A DNA stretch of 64,000 bases from an uncultured Chloroflexia bacterium. GTDB lineage: Bacteria; Chloroflexota; Limnocylindria; Limnocylindrales; CSP1-4. The DNA is taken from the NCBI GenBank assembly GCA_963819655.1, contig CAWFXA010000002.1, forward strand, positions 1,536,001 to 1,600,000. The letters run 5' to 3'. Every line of letters begins with the position of its first letter. The first letter of the stretch is position 1. The notes beneath the pieces are model-generated. The model saw only the letters and a list, made by a program, of their open reading frames with translations, searched no databases and was not told the origin of the DNA. The translations under genes and the position numbers were made by a program. This document shows positions 49,323 through 61,594 of the stretch, piece by piece.

Positions 49323-50930
49323 GTGGATTGGGCCGACGAACTCGCACTGCGGGTCCGTGATGCGGGCCCGCAGGTCGTCAACGATTCCAAGACCCCGTCC
49401 GGGACCGTGCACGTCGGGAGCCTCCGTGGTCCCGTCATCCTCGACACGATCACGCGCGCGCTTCGAGCGAACGGCGTCGAGACGACGCTCCTCTACGGGG
49501 TCGATGATCTCGACCCGATGGACGCGCAGGCCCTGCTGACACCCGACGCGGTCGACCACGAGATGGGCCGGCCGCTCGCGCACGTGCCGGACCAGGCCGG
49601 CGACGGCCACGCGTCGTACGCCCGGCACCACGCGCAGACGTTCATCGACACGTTCGCCGGTCTGGGCATCAACCCGGATCGCTATTACTGGATGAGCGAC
49701 ATCTACCCGACGGGCGAGCTGGATCCGTTCATCCGGACGGCTCTGGATCGGGCGGCGCTCGTCCGTGACATCTATCGACGGGTCGCCAACGTCCAGCATC
49801 CCGACACGTGGCACCCGATCAGCGTCATCTGCCCGAACTGCGGCAAGGTCGGGACCACGATCGTGACCGAGTGGGACGGCGAGCGGGTCTTCTACGAATG
49901 CCGCCCTTCGCTGGTGGACTGGGCGCGCGGCTGCGGTCAGAGCGGTTGGATCTCGCCGTTCGGCGGTAACGCCAAGCTGCCATGGAACCTCGAGTGGGCG
50001 GCCCAGTGGTCATTGTTCGGCGTCACGATCGAGCCGTGCGGAAAGGACCTCGCCACGGCCGGTGGCTCGCGCGACCGCTCCGATGCGATCGCCCGTGAGG
50101 TCTTCGAGCGCGAGCCGCCGCTCAACGTCCCGTACGAGTTTCTGAACATCGGCGGCAAGAAGATGTCGACCTCCAAGGGCCGCGGCGCCGCCGCGCACAC
50201 GATCGCCGAGGTCGTGCCGCCCGAGCAGCTCCGCTTCCTGTTCCTGCGGCACCGGCCGAATCACGCCATCGACTTCGACCCGGACGGCACCGACCAGATC
50301 CCGCGGCTGTTCGACGAGTTCGACAAGTTCGCGGAGGCGACCGCCGGTCGCGACGTCCGCGGCGACCTGCCGCCCGGCCACGAGGCGACCTTCCGCTACT
50401 CCCTGCTCGATCCGGATGCGGATGTCGCGGAGGAGGCGGCGCTTTTCCGGCCGGCATTCGGGCACCTCGCGCTGCTCATCCAGGTGCCTGGCGTCGACGT
50501 CATCGAGCGGGTCGAGGCGGAGAAGGGCAGTGCCCTCACCGATCGTGAGCGGGCGCTGCTCGATCAGCGGGCCGGGGCGGCGCGCGCCTGGCTCGACACG
50601 TTCGCGCCGGAGGGCGCGCGACTGACCATCCATCGCGACGCGCTGCCACCTGCGGCCGCGGAGCTCGACCCGACGCAGCGTCGCTTCCTGGCGAGCCTGG
50701 CCGATCGCGCCTCACGGGAGGAGCCCGAGAGCGGCGACGCGTGGCAGACGCTGATCTTCTCGGTGGCGACCGATGAAGGCGTCCCTGGTCGTCGCGCGTT
50801 CGAAGCGATCTACCGCGTATTCCTCGATCGACCCAACGGGCCGCGCGCCGGCTGGCTCCTGGCCAGCCTCGATCGGGCGTTCGTGATCGAGCGGGCCCTG
50901 GAAGCGTCGGGCACGGGGGCCGTCGGATGA
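49323..50930 (+). CDS. lysS: Lysine--tRNA ligase, class I
   Basis: MDWAD, TPSGTVHVGS (HIGH-like), CPNCG, KLPW..EW, GKDL, KMSTSKG, GPRAG. Confidence 0.92.
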   Translation: MDWADELALRVRDAGPQVVNDSKTPSGTVHVGSLRGPVILDTITRALRANGVETTLLYGVDDLDPMDAQALLTPDAVDHEMGRPLAHVPDQAGDGHASYARHHAQTFIDTFAGLGINPDRYYWMSDIYPTGELDPFIRTALDRAALVRDIYRRVANVQHPDTWHPISVICPNCGKVGTTIVTEWDGERVFYECRPSLVDWARGCGQSGWISPFGGNAKLPWNLEWAAQWSLFGVTIEPCGKDLATAGGSRDRSDAIAREVFEREPPLNVPYEFLNIGGKKMSTSKGRGAAAHTIAEVVPPEQLRFLFLRHRPNHAIDFDPDGTDQIPRLFDEFDKFAEATAGRDVRGDLPPGHEATFRYSLLDPDADVAEEAALFRPAFGHLALLIQVPGVDVIERVEAEKGSALTDRERALLDQRAGAARAWLDTFAPEGARLTIHRDALPPAAAELDPTQRRFLASLADRASREEPESGDAWQTLIFSVATDEGVPGRRAFEAIYRVFLDRPNGPRAGWLLASLDRAFVIERALEASGTGAVG

Positions 50931-52273
50931 GCGTCGGACTGCAGCGCCTCCGCGACGAGCCCGACGTCATCCGTCAGGGCGCGATCGACAAGGGAGAAGA
51001 CCCCTCGATCGTCGATCGGGCGCTCGAGCTGGATACACGTCGGCGCCTGCTGCTCGGCGAGAGCGAGGCGCTCAAGGCGGAACGGAATGCTGCCTCGAAG
51101 CGGATCGGCGAGGCGATCAAGGGCGGGGCGAAGCCGGACGGACCCGAGGTCGCCGAGCTCAAGGCGGCATCGGTCGCGGCTGGCGAACGGATCACGGCGC
51201 TCGACGCCGAGCTGGTCGAGGTCGAAGCAGCGGTCGAGGACGCGCTCCTGCGGATCCCGAACCCCGCCGACCCGGATGTGCCGGTCGGGGGCGAGGACGC
51301 CAACGTCACGGTCCGGACGTGGGGCGAGATCCTCGCCCGCGAACAGCCCGTCGAGGGCGAGGTCGGCGCCGATGCGCCAGCAGGCGGGGCGACGTGGACC
51401 CGCAGGCCGCACTGGGAGATCGGGGAGGCGCTCGACATCATCGACAACGTCCGTGGCGCGAAGATCGCGGGCTCCGGATTTCCTGTGTACAAGGGCGCCG
51501 GTTCGGCGCTGCAGCGTGGGCTGATCTCGTGGTTCCTCGATGTGCATACACGCGAGAACGGTTTCACCGAGGTGTGGCCGCCTGCAGTCGTGAACACGGC
51601 GTCGGCGACCGGCACGGGCCAGATCCCGGACAAGGAAGACCAGATGTACGTCGTGACGCGCGACGAGCTCTACCTTGTCCCGACGGCCGAGGTCCCGGTC
51701 ACGAACCTCCATCGTGACGAGATCCTCGAGACGTCCGAGCTTCCGATCCGGTACGCGGCCTACACACCCTGCTTCCGCCGGGAAGCGGGCGCCGCCGGCA
51801 AGGACACGCGCGGGATCCTGCGCGTCCACCAGTTCGACAAGGTCGAGATGGTGCTGTTCGAGCGGCCGGAGGCCTCACCCGCAGCGCTGGAGTGGATGAC
51901 CGAGCGGGCCGAGATCCTGCTGCAACGCCTGGGGCTGGCCTACCGGGTCCTGCTGATGAGCACCCGCGAGATGGGCTTCGTGCAGGCCAGGAAGTACGAC
52001 CTCGAGGTCTGGTCGCCGGGCGTGGAACGCTGGCTCGAGGTGAGCTCGTGCTCGAACTTCCGCGACTACCAGGCTCGCCGGATGGCCATACGGTTCCGAC
52101 CCGAGCCCGGCGCCAAGCCCGAGCTCGTGCACACGCTCAACGGGTCGGGTCTCGCGTTGGCGCGTGTCGTGGCGGCCCTGCTCGAGACGTTCCAGCAGCC
52201 CGATGGCTCGGTAACAGTGCCGGAGGTGCTCCGACCCTACCTCGGTCGGGACGCGATCACCGCGCCTGCCTGA
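50927..52273 (+). CDS. serS: Serine--tRNA ligase
   Basis: PTAEVP, FRREAG, RVHQFDKVE, EVSSCSN, HTLNGSGLA. Confidence 0.96.
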   Translation: MSVGLQRLRDEPDVIRQGAIDKGEDPSIVDRALELDTRRRLLLGESEALKAERNAASKRIGEAIKGGAKPDGPEVAELKAASVAAGERITALDAELVEVEAAVEDALLRIPNPADPDVPVGGEDANVTVRTWGEILAREQPVEGEVGADAPAGGATWTRRPHWEIGEALDIIDNVRGAKIAGSGFPVYKGAGSALQRGLISWFLDVHTRENGFTEVWPPAVVNTASATGTGQIPDKEDQMYVVTRDELYLVPTAEVPVTNLHRDEILETSELPIRYAAYTPCFRREAGAAGKDTRGILRVHQFDKVEMVLFERPEASPAALEWMTERAEILLQRLGLAYRVLLMSTREMGFVQARKYDLEVWSPGVERWLEVSSCSNFRDYQARRMAIRFRPEPGAKPELVHTLNGSGLALARVVAALLETFQQPDGSVTVPEVLRPYLGRDAITAPA

Positions 52274-52601
52274 GCCGCCAGAGCCAGGCTGCGATGTACA
52301 CGGCCGTTGCCACGTAGGCCCTCCGGGGCCGACCCGCGAGGTCAAGGCGCCGCTCGGCGCCACCATCGATCGCGAGCCAGAGCGCAACGACGGCTGCCAG
52401 CGGGCCGAACGGGTGGAACCTGATCGAGTCGCCCAGGCGACCATGGCCGAGCGCCTGCCACGACCGTGTCAGACCGCACGAGGGACACGGCCGGCCGGTG
52501 ATCCTGCGAAAGAGGCACACCATCGGCGCGTCGTGCAGCACCCGATCGGGTAGCAGGACGGCGCCGACCAGCCCGGCCGAGGCGAGTGCCCGGAGCCGCA
52601 T
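52257..52601 (-). CDS. DUF2752 family membrane protein
   Basis: CLFRRITGRPCPSCGLTRS...HP. Confidence 0.8.
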   Translation of the reverse strand: MRLRALASAGLVGAVLLPDRVLHDAPMVCLFRRITGRPCPSCGLTRSWQALGHGRLGDSIRFHPFGPLAAVVALWLAIDGGAERRLDLAGRPRRAYVATAVYIAAWLWRLRQAR

Positions 52602-52981
52602 CAGCTGCGGCGCAGCGGCAGGTTGTTCGCGTCGGGAAGCCGCCCCATGACGATCAGGATCAGGTCGATCAATGCCCAGATGCCCAGGCCCCCACACGTG
52701 AGCAGCTTGACGATCCCGAGCCCCGTGTAGCCGAGATAGAAGCGGTCGATGCCAAGGACGCCCACGAAGAGCGACAGCAGCACCGCCGTCAGCCAGTCCT
52801 TCTCGGAGAAGACGCCCGGCACCTCGGCCGCCTGGAACCAGCTGCCCGTGCCGTCGGCGCGCTTGACGAGGGACGTCGACTTGAGCATCCCGTTGCGCGC
52901 CTGCGCCTGCAGCTCCACGGGGGTGAACGGACCGTCCTCGGCCCCCATCCGTTGAACGAGGAAACTGTCGGGCCCACTCAT
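52601..52981 (-). CDS. TM2-domain protein with N-terminal GYF_2-like domain
   Basis: GPFT..EL; LSLFVGVLGIDRFYLG..GLGIVKLLTCGGLGIWALID; GGAGG SD. Confidence 0.85.
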   Translation of the reverse strand: MSGPDSFLVQRMGAEDGPFTPVELQAQARNGMLKSTSLVKRADGTGSWFQAAEVPGVFSEKDWLTAVLLSLFVGVLGIDRFYLGYTGLGIVKLLTCGGLGIWALIDLILIVMGRLPDANNLPLRRS

Positions 52982-53063
52982 GGCGTCCTCCCGTGTCGTG
53001 TTTCGTACCGGTCCAGCATAGTCATGGCGGGTGGTCGCGTCGTTGACTGCTACCCTCTGCCGC

Positions 53064-53151
53064 GGAGAGGTGGCCGAGCGGTTGAAGGCGGCGCTCTTGA
53101 AAAGCGCAAAGTCGAAAGACTTCGTGGGTTCGAATCCCACCCTCTCCGCCA
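53064..53151 (+). tRNA. tRNA-Ser(TGA)
   Basis: GGAGAGG/CCTCTCC acceptor stem, anticodon arm GCGCT-CTTGAAA-AGCGC, long variable arm, GGTTCGAATCC, G discriminator and encoded CCA. Confidence 0.96.
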
Positions 53152-53155
53152 TGCC

Positions 53156-53557
53156 GTGACGGGGCCGCTGCCGGGGTTGTGTGGCACGTGCCGCCACTCG
53201 CGGATCGTCGAAAATCGTCGCGGTTCCATGTTCCGCCTCTGCGAGCGGTCCGTGACGGATCCCCGCTACCCGCGCTACCCGAACCAGCCAGTCCTGCGGT
53301 GCGAGGGGTGGGAGCCCGCCGGCCCCGAGTCAAAGCCAGGAGCCTGGCGCACCGCGCTTGACGCTCCCGGTCGCCCGACACATACTCCGCCGACATCACG
53401 AAGAGCGGGCTATGAACGGGACGAGTACCCGTCGAGCGTCGGCAGAGAGACCCGGTGGTTGGTGGAAACCGGGGCGACGACGGCGGTGAATGGACCCGGG
53501 AGCCTCCGGACCGAACGGCACACGGCGATCGGGAACGACCACCGCACCGCCCAGTAG
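53156..53557 (+). CDS. Small Cys-rich hypothetical protein (recognisable part ends near 53330; true stop uncertain)
   Basis: GLCGTCRH...FRLCERS..DPRYPRYP..PVLRCEGWE; as sequenced the frame runs into the T-box. Confidence 0.55.
   Translation: MTGPLPGLCGTCRHSRIVENRRGSMFRLCERSVTDPRYPRYPNQPVLRCEGWEPAGPESKPGAWRTALDAPGRPTHTPPTSRRAGYERDEYPSSVGRETRWLVETGATTAVNGPGSLRTERHTAIGNDHRTAQ
53358..53386 (+). promoter_or_regulatory. Sigma70 promoter of trp operon
   Basis: TTGACG-17 nt-CATACT. Confidence 0.75.
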
Positions 53558-53725
53558 GCTCCGGCGCAGAGCGCCAGCGATAGAGGGCAGCGCCGATCGC
53601 CTGGGACCCGACCGCCGAGCGCGGACCACCGGACCCCGGCCGCCGGTCACGAGAGTGCGGCATCGCCGAATGAGGGTGGCACCGCGGAAGGCACGACCTT
53701 TCGTCCCAGTGACGATCGGTCGTAT
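53405..53725 (+). ncRNA. T-box riboswitch with Trp (UGG) specifier
   Basis: GCTATGA, GAGTA, CAGAGAG, GGTGGAA, specifier GAA-TGG-A (53491-53493), T-box AATGAGGGTGGCACCGCG (53669-53686), TTCGTCCC antiterminator 3' strand; upstream of trpE. Confidence 0.92.
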
Positions 53726-53747
53726 CTGATTCTCGAGGCCCCAAGCG

Positions 53748-55337
53748 ATGACCACAGCCGACCCCATCAGCCTGAGCCAGGCCAAACGGCTCGCCGGCAG
53801 CGCGGACACCATCCGCCTGCGCGCCACGCGCCCGGCCGACCTCGAGACCCCCATCGGCGCATTCCTGCGCCTCGACGACGGCAACCCGGCCTATCTCCTC
53901 GAATCGGTCGAAGGCGGCGAGCGTCTCGGGCGCTACTCCTTCCTCGGGGTCGGCCCGCGCCGCCTGCTCGAGGTCCGCGACGGCCGATCGCGTATCCAGA
54001 CCCGGCCGGTCACGGTGCCGACCTACTCAGCCGACCTCCCGATCGAGACCGACGACGCCCGAGACCCGCTCGACGCCATCCGTGATTTCGTCCGCCGCCG
54101 CCGCGTCGAGCCGACCGATGGGATGCCGCGTTTCACGGGCGGCGCCGTCGGGGCGATCTCGTACGACGCGGTCTCTTCCTTCGAGACCACGGTCCCGCTC
54201 CCGGATCGCGACCCGATCGGCGTCCCGACCGCTTCGTTCATCGAGACCGACCTCGTCCTCGTGTTCGACCACCTGACCCACACCCTGTCGGCGATCGCGT
54301 CGCTCCACACCGACGCCCCCGATCTCGAGGGTCGCTATCGCATCGCGGAGGCCGCCATCTTCGAGGCGCTGGAGCGGACGGCACGGCCGAGTGCGGCGGA
54401 GCTCGCCGGGCCCCCGACCCGGACGAACGACACGACCACGCTGGCCGGGCCGATCGACACGAGCCTCGGTCGCGAGGAGTACATCCACGCCGTCGAGGTC
54501 GCCAAGGACGCGATCGCCGCCGGCGAGGCGATCCAGGTCGTGCTCGCCCGACGGCAGTCGTTCGGCCTGCCGCTCGATCCGACGACCGGTCGGACGCTCG
54601 ACGGCATCGGGCTCTATCGATCTCTGCGGCGGGTGAACCCGAGTCCGTACCTGTTCTTCGTCCGGACGCCGCAGTTCGAGGTGGTCGGCGCCTCGCCGGA
54701 GCTGCTGCTCCAGGCCGAGGGCGACAAGCTCACGACGCACCCGATCGCCGGAACGCGGCCGCGCGGGGCGGATGCCCGTCAGGACGAGCTCCTCGCCGAG
54801 CAGCTCCAGAAGGACCCGAAGGAACGCGCCGAGCACGTGATGCTCGTGGACCTGGGTCGGAACGATCTCGGTCGGGTCTCCCGCGCCGGGACCGTCACGG
54901 TCAGTAAGTACATGGAAGTCGAGCGCTACAGCCATGTGCTCCACCTGGTGTCGCATGTCGAAGGCCGCCTGAAGCCCGAGCTCGACGCGCTCGACGCGCT
55001 GCGGGCCGTCTTCCCGGCTGGGACTCTCAGCGGCGCGCCCAAGGTCAGGGCCATGCAGCTCATCGCCGCCGCGGAAGGGGAGCGGCGCGGGTTGTACGGT
55101 GGCGCGGTGGGCTACCTCGGCTACGACGGCAACCTCGACACCGCGATCACCATCCGGAGCGCGGTCCTGAAGGACGGTCAGGCCCACGTCCATACGGGCG
55201 CCGGCATCGTCGCCGGCTCCGTGCCGGAGTCCGAATTCGAGGAAACGGAACACAAGGCGGCCGCCCTCCGCCGCGCCATCGAGCAAGCGGCCGGCGTGCC
55301 CGAAGCCCCGCGAGAAGCAGCAGAGGCGACCACATGA
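53748..55337 (+). CDS. trpE: Anthranilate synthase component I
   Basis: LLESVEGG, NPSPY, PIAGTRPRG, AEHVMLVDLGRND, GTLSGAPK. Confidence 0.95.
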   Translation: MTTADPISLSQAKRLAGSADTIRLRATRPADLETPIGAFLRLDDGNPAYLLESVEGGERLGRYSFLGVGPRRLLEVRDGRSRIQTRPVTVPTYSADLPIETDDARDPLDAIRDFVRRRRVEPTDGMPRFTGGAVGAISYDAVSSFETTVPLPDRDPIGVPTASFIETDLVLVFDHLTHTLSAIASLHTDAPDLEGRYRIAEAAIFEALERTARPSAAELAGPPTRTNDTTTLAGPIDTSLGREEYIHAVEVAKDAIAAGEAIQVVLARRQSFGLPLDPTTGRTLDGIGLYRSLRRVNPSPYLFFVRTPQFEVVGASPELLLQAEGDKLTTHPIAGTRPRGADARQDELLAEQLQKDPKERAEHVMLVDLGRNDLGRVSRAGTVTVSKYMEVERYSHVLHLVSHVEGRLKPELDALDALRAVFPAGTLSGAPKVRAMQLIAAAEGERRGLYGGAVGYLGYDGNLDTAITIRSAVLKDGQAHVHTGAGIVAGSVPESEFEETEHKAAALRRAIEQAAGVPEAPREAAEATT

Positions 55338-56017
55338 TCCTGGTCGTCGACAACTACGACAGCTTCACGTTCAACCTCGTCCAGGCGCTACAGGCCGCCG
55401 GAGCCGATGTCAGGGTCGTCCGCAACGACGCGATCGATCGGGCCGGGCTCGAGGCCCTCGCCGACGACCCGAACAGCGACCTGCGGGGCATCGTGATCTC
55501 GCCTGGTCCGGGCGACCCGGACGACGCCGGCATCTCGGTCGCGACGATCGAGGTCGCCGCCCAGCGGGAGATCCCGCTACTGGGCGTGTGCCTCGGCATG
55601 CAGTCGATGGCGGCCGCATACGGCGCAGCCATCGTCCGCGCCCCGACGCTCGTCCACGGCGAGGCGACCGAGGTGACCCACGATGGGGCGGGGCTGCTCG
55701 AGGGGATGCCGCCGTCGTTCATGGCGGCGCGCTACCACTCGCTGGCCATCGACCCGGCCACGCTCCCGCCGGAGCTGCGGGTGACCGCGATGAGCGAGGT
55801 CGATCGCGTGATCATGGGCATCCGCCACGTCGCGCTGCCGATGGAAGGCGTCCAGTTCCACCCCGAGAGCGTCCTCACGCCGCAGGGCCCGCACCTGCTC
55901 GCGAACTTCCTCCGCCAGGCGGGCGAGGGTGAGGCGTCACGGCTGGACGCCGCGACCGGGTCGTTCGCGACGGCGGGTCTCGCCCAGGCGATCGGCGACG
56001 GCGAGGCCGACCGATGA
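55334..56017 (+). CDS. trpG: Anthranilate synthase component II
   Basis: DNYDSFTFN, SPGPG, GVCLG, RYHSL, QFHPES. Confidence 0.95.
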   Translation: MILVVDNYDSFTFNLVQALQAAGADVRVVRNDAIDRAGLEALADDPNSDLRGIVISPGPGDPDDAGISVATIEVAAQREIPLLGVCLGMQSMAAAYGAAIVRAPTLVHGEATEVTHDGAGLLEGMPPSFMAARYHSLAIDPATLPPELRVTAMSEVDRVIMGIRHVALPMEGVQFHPESVLTPQGPHLLANFLRQAGEGEASRLDAATGSFATAGLAQAIGDGEADR

Positions 56018-57047
56018 GCGATGCAGTTCGCGTGGCGCTCGCCTCGATCGTCGAGGGCGGGACGCTCACGCTCGACGAGGCGCGCCTCGCGATGGGCGCG
56101 GTGATGGACGGCGAGGCGACGCCGGCCCAGCTCGCGGCGCTGCTCATGGGCCTGCGCATGCGCGGCGAGACCGTCGATGAGCTGGCGGGCTTCGCGTCGG
56201 CGATGCGCGAGCGGGTCGTCCGCGTCGAGGCGCCGGAGGGCACGATCGATGTCGTCGGGACCGGTGGCGACGGCAGCGGGACATTCAACATCTCCACGGC
56301 GGCGGCCCTGGTCGTGGCGGCGGGCGGTGTCCCGGTGGCCAAGCACGGCAACCGGGCGATCACCTCGAAGGCGGGTTCGGCCGACGTCCTCGACGCCCTC
56401 GGTGTGCGCATCGACCACGACGCAGGCTCCGCCGGCGCCGCGCTGCGCGAAACCGGCTTCGCCTTCCTGTTCGCGCCGTCCTTCCATCCCGCGATGAAGC
56501 ACGCCGGCCCGACCCGCCGCGAGATCGGGGTCCGGACGGCGTTCAACCTGCTCGGCCCCCTGACGAACCCCGCGGGCACGAGCCGGCAATTGCTCGGCGT
56601 CGGCGACGCGGGCGCAGCTGCACGGATGGCGGAGGTCGCCCAGCGCCTCGGGACGGAGCGGACGTTCGTGATCCACGGCGCCGGGATCGATGAGCTCCCG
56701 CTCGACGACAGCGGCGTGCTGTACCACGTCGCCCCGGACGCCATCGATCGCCACGATATCCCGGCCTCCAAGCTCGGGTTGCGGGTGACGCCGACGGCGA
56801 AGCTCGCCGGTGGGACGCCGGAACAGAACGCCCGGACGATCGAGGCGATCTCCCGTGGCGAGCCCGGCGTGAAGCGCGATGTCGTCCTGCTCAACGCCGG
56901 TGCCGCGTTCCTCGTCGCCGGCGAGGTCGAGAACCTCGAGGGCGGGATCGAGCGCGCGGCCCTGACGATCGATGCCGGGCTCGTCACCGACCTGCTCCAG
57001 CGTCTCCGAGCCGAGCGCGCCGCGCATGTCCCGGCCGAGGCGACCAC

Positions 57048-57051
<4 letters not shown>
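56014..57051 (+). CDS. trpD: Anthranilate phosphoribosyltransferase
   Basis: GTGGDG, NIST, KHGNR, GSADVL, FNLLGPLTNP. Confidence 0.95.
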
Positions 57052-59845
<2,794 letters not shown>

Positions 59846-59849
<4 letters not shown>

Positions 59850-60202
59850 CCGGCGGCGACGTCCGAGATCTGTGCCTCGCGCTGCCCGACACGACCGAGA
59901 AGGAGACGTGGGGCGACGAGCTGAACGCGGGCCACCCGACATTCCGCGTGCGCGACAAGATCTTCGTGATCATGGCGGTCGACGAAAGCGGTGGCAGCAT
60001 CAAGACGAGCCTGGGCGAGCAGGCGGAGCTCGTGACTGCCTTTCCGGATGCGGCCGGGGTCGCGGCGTATGTGGGTCGCTATGGCTGGGTCGATGTCGAA
60101 TTCGCCGGCATCCCGGATGAGGTGCTGCGCGAGGTCATCGAGGGGGCCTGGGCACGGACGGCGCCCAAGAAGGTTGCCGAGGCGTGGCGGTCGAGTCGAT
60201 GA
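59846..60202 (+). CDS. MmcQ/YjbR family protein
   Basis: CLALP.T.E..TWG...HPTFRVRDKIF, YVGRYGWV, APKK; GTGA and ATGA couplings. Confidence 0.85.
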
Positions 60203-61053
60203 CGATGACGGCAGATGCGGCCGCCCCGCCGGCCGGGACCAACGACACCGCCGGTGCCCGCAGGATCGCGGCGGCCTTCGCCCGCGCTCGAGGGGACGGC
60301 CGAGCAGCGCTCATCCCGTACGTCGTGGCAGGTTATCCAGATGCGGAGACCAGCGTCGACATCGCTCTTGCGGCGGCCGACGCCGGCGCCGACCTGCTCG
60401 AGGTCGGCCTCCCGTACAGCGATCCTCTCGCCGACGGGGCGACGCTGCAGCGCGCGTCTGGCGCGGCCCTGAAGGCAGGCGCCTCGCTCGAGGGCTCGCT
60501 GCGGCTCATCGAGCGCATCGGCGCGGCACGTCCGGACCTGCCGCTGGCGCCGATGGGCTACGCCAACCAGGTCATCGGAGGTGGCGATGGGGAGGCGGTG
60601 GCGCGACGGCTGGCCGGCGCGGGGGCGGCCGGGGTGATCGTCGCCGACCTGACACCGGACGAGGGGGCGCCATTCGAGGCGGTCGCGCGCGACGCTGGGC
60701 TCGCGGTCGTGTACCTCGTCGCCCCGACGACACCACCAGCGCGGCGGGCCATGATCGCCGCCCGGAGCGGCGGCTTCCTGTATTGCGTGTCACTCGTCGG
60801 TGTGACGGGCGCTCGTTCCACCCTGCCGTCGTCGGTCGGCGACCTGATCCGCGATGTTCGAGCCGTCTCGCCGGTGCCTGTCGCGGTCGGCTTCGGCGTC
60901 AGCAAGCCGGCCCACGTTCGGGCGCTCGCGAAGGCCGGCGCCGACGGTGTGATCGTCGCATCTGCGCTCGTCGACGCGCTGGGCGACGGCGGCCGGGACA
61001 TCGGCGCGCTGTCCGACCTCGTCGGCCGCCTTCGCGCCGCCACGGCAGCCTGA
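60199..61053 (+). CDS. trpA: Tryptophan synthase alpha chain
   Basis: YVVAGYP, EVGLPYSDPLADG, GVTG, VGFGVS, ADGVIVAS. Confidence 0.95.
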   Translation: MTMTADAAAPPAGTNDTAGARRIAAAFARARGDGRAALIPYVVAGYPDAETSVDIALAAADAGADLLEVGLPYSDPLADGATLQRASGAALKAGASLEGSLRLIERIGAARPDLPLAPMGYANQVIGGGDGEAVARRLAGAGAAGVIVADLTPDEGAPFEAVARDAGLAVVYLVAPTTPPARRAMIAARSGGFLYCVSLVGVTGARSTLPSSVGDLIRDVRAVSPVPVAVGFGVSKPAHVRALAKAGADGVIVASALVDALGDGGRDIGALSDLVGRLRAATAA

Positions 61054-61054
61054 G

Positions 61055-61594
61055 GTGCAACCCCCGCGGCCGCGCTTGATCCGTCGGCAGGTGGACCGTT
61101 TCCGCGCGAAGCCATCGTCGCTGCGGAACGCGGCGGTCGTGATCGTCACCGTCACGATCGCGACGGTCGTCATCGGCAGCGTCATCGTGTGGCTGTTCGA
61201 CCCGCGCGACTTCCCCGACCTCGGGACCGCCGTCTGGTTCACGCTGCAGACCGTGACCACCGTGGGGTATGGCGACGTCACCCCGACGAATCCGATCGGA
61301 CGTGTCGTCGCGGGCGTTGTCATGCTCGTCGCCATCGCATTCCTGACCGTGGTGACCGCTCTCATCACGTCGACCTTCATCGAGGCAGCCCAGCGCGAGC
61401 GGCTGGCGAGTGATGACGCCGCGGAGCAGGACGCGCACGACCTGATCGACGCCCGCTTCGATGAGCTCGCTCAACGCCTGGCCGCGATCGAAGGGGCCCT
61501 GGCGCGCATCGAGCACGGCGCGCCGGCCGTCGACCCGAACGAGGCGACCGATGCATCGGCGCCGGAACGACCGTCCGAGACCGAGCGGACTTGA
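61055..61594 (+). CDS. Two-TM potassium channel (KcsA-like)
   Basis: Selectivity filter TTVGYGD; C-terminal coiled coil. Confidence 0.9.
   Translation: MQPPRPRLIRRQVDRFRAKPSSLRNAAVVIVTVTIATVVIGSVIVWLFDPRDFPDLGTAVWFTLQTVTTVGYGDVTPTNPIGRVVAGVVMLVAIAFLTVVTALITSTFIEAAQRERLASDDAAEQDAHDLIDARFDELAQRLAAIEGALARIEHGAPAVDPNEATDASAPERPSETERT

Noticed and set aside
53064-53360. tRNA-Ser as an integration site for an island
   Set aside because: No integrase, no duplicated tRNA 3' end seen, and no composition shift.
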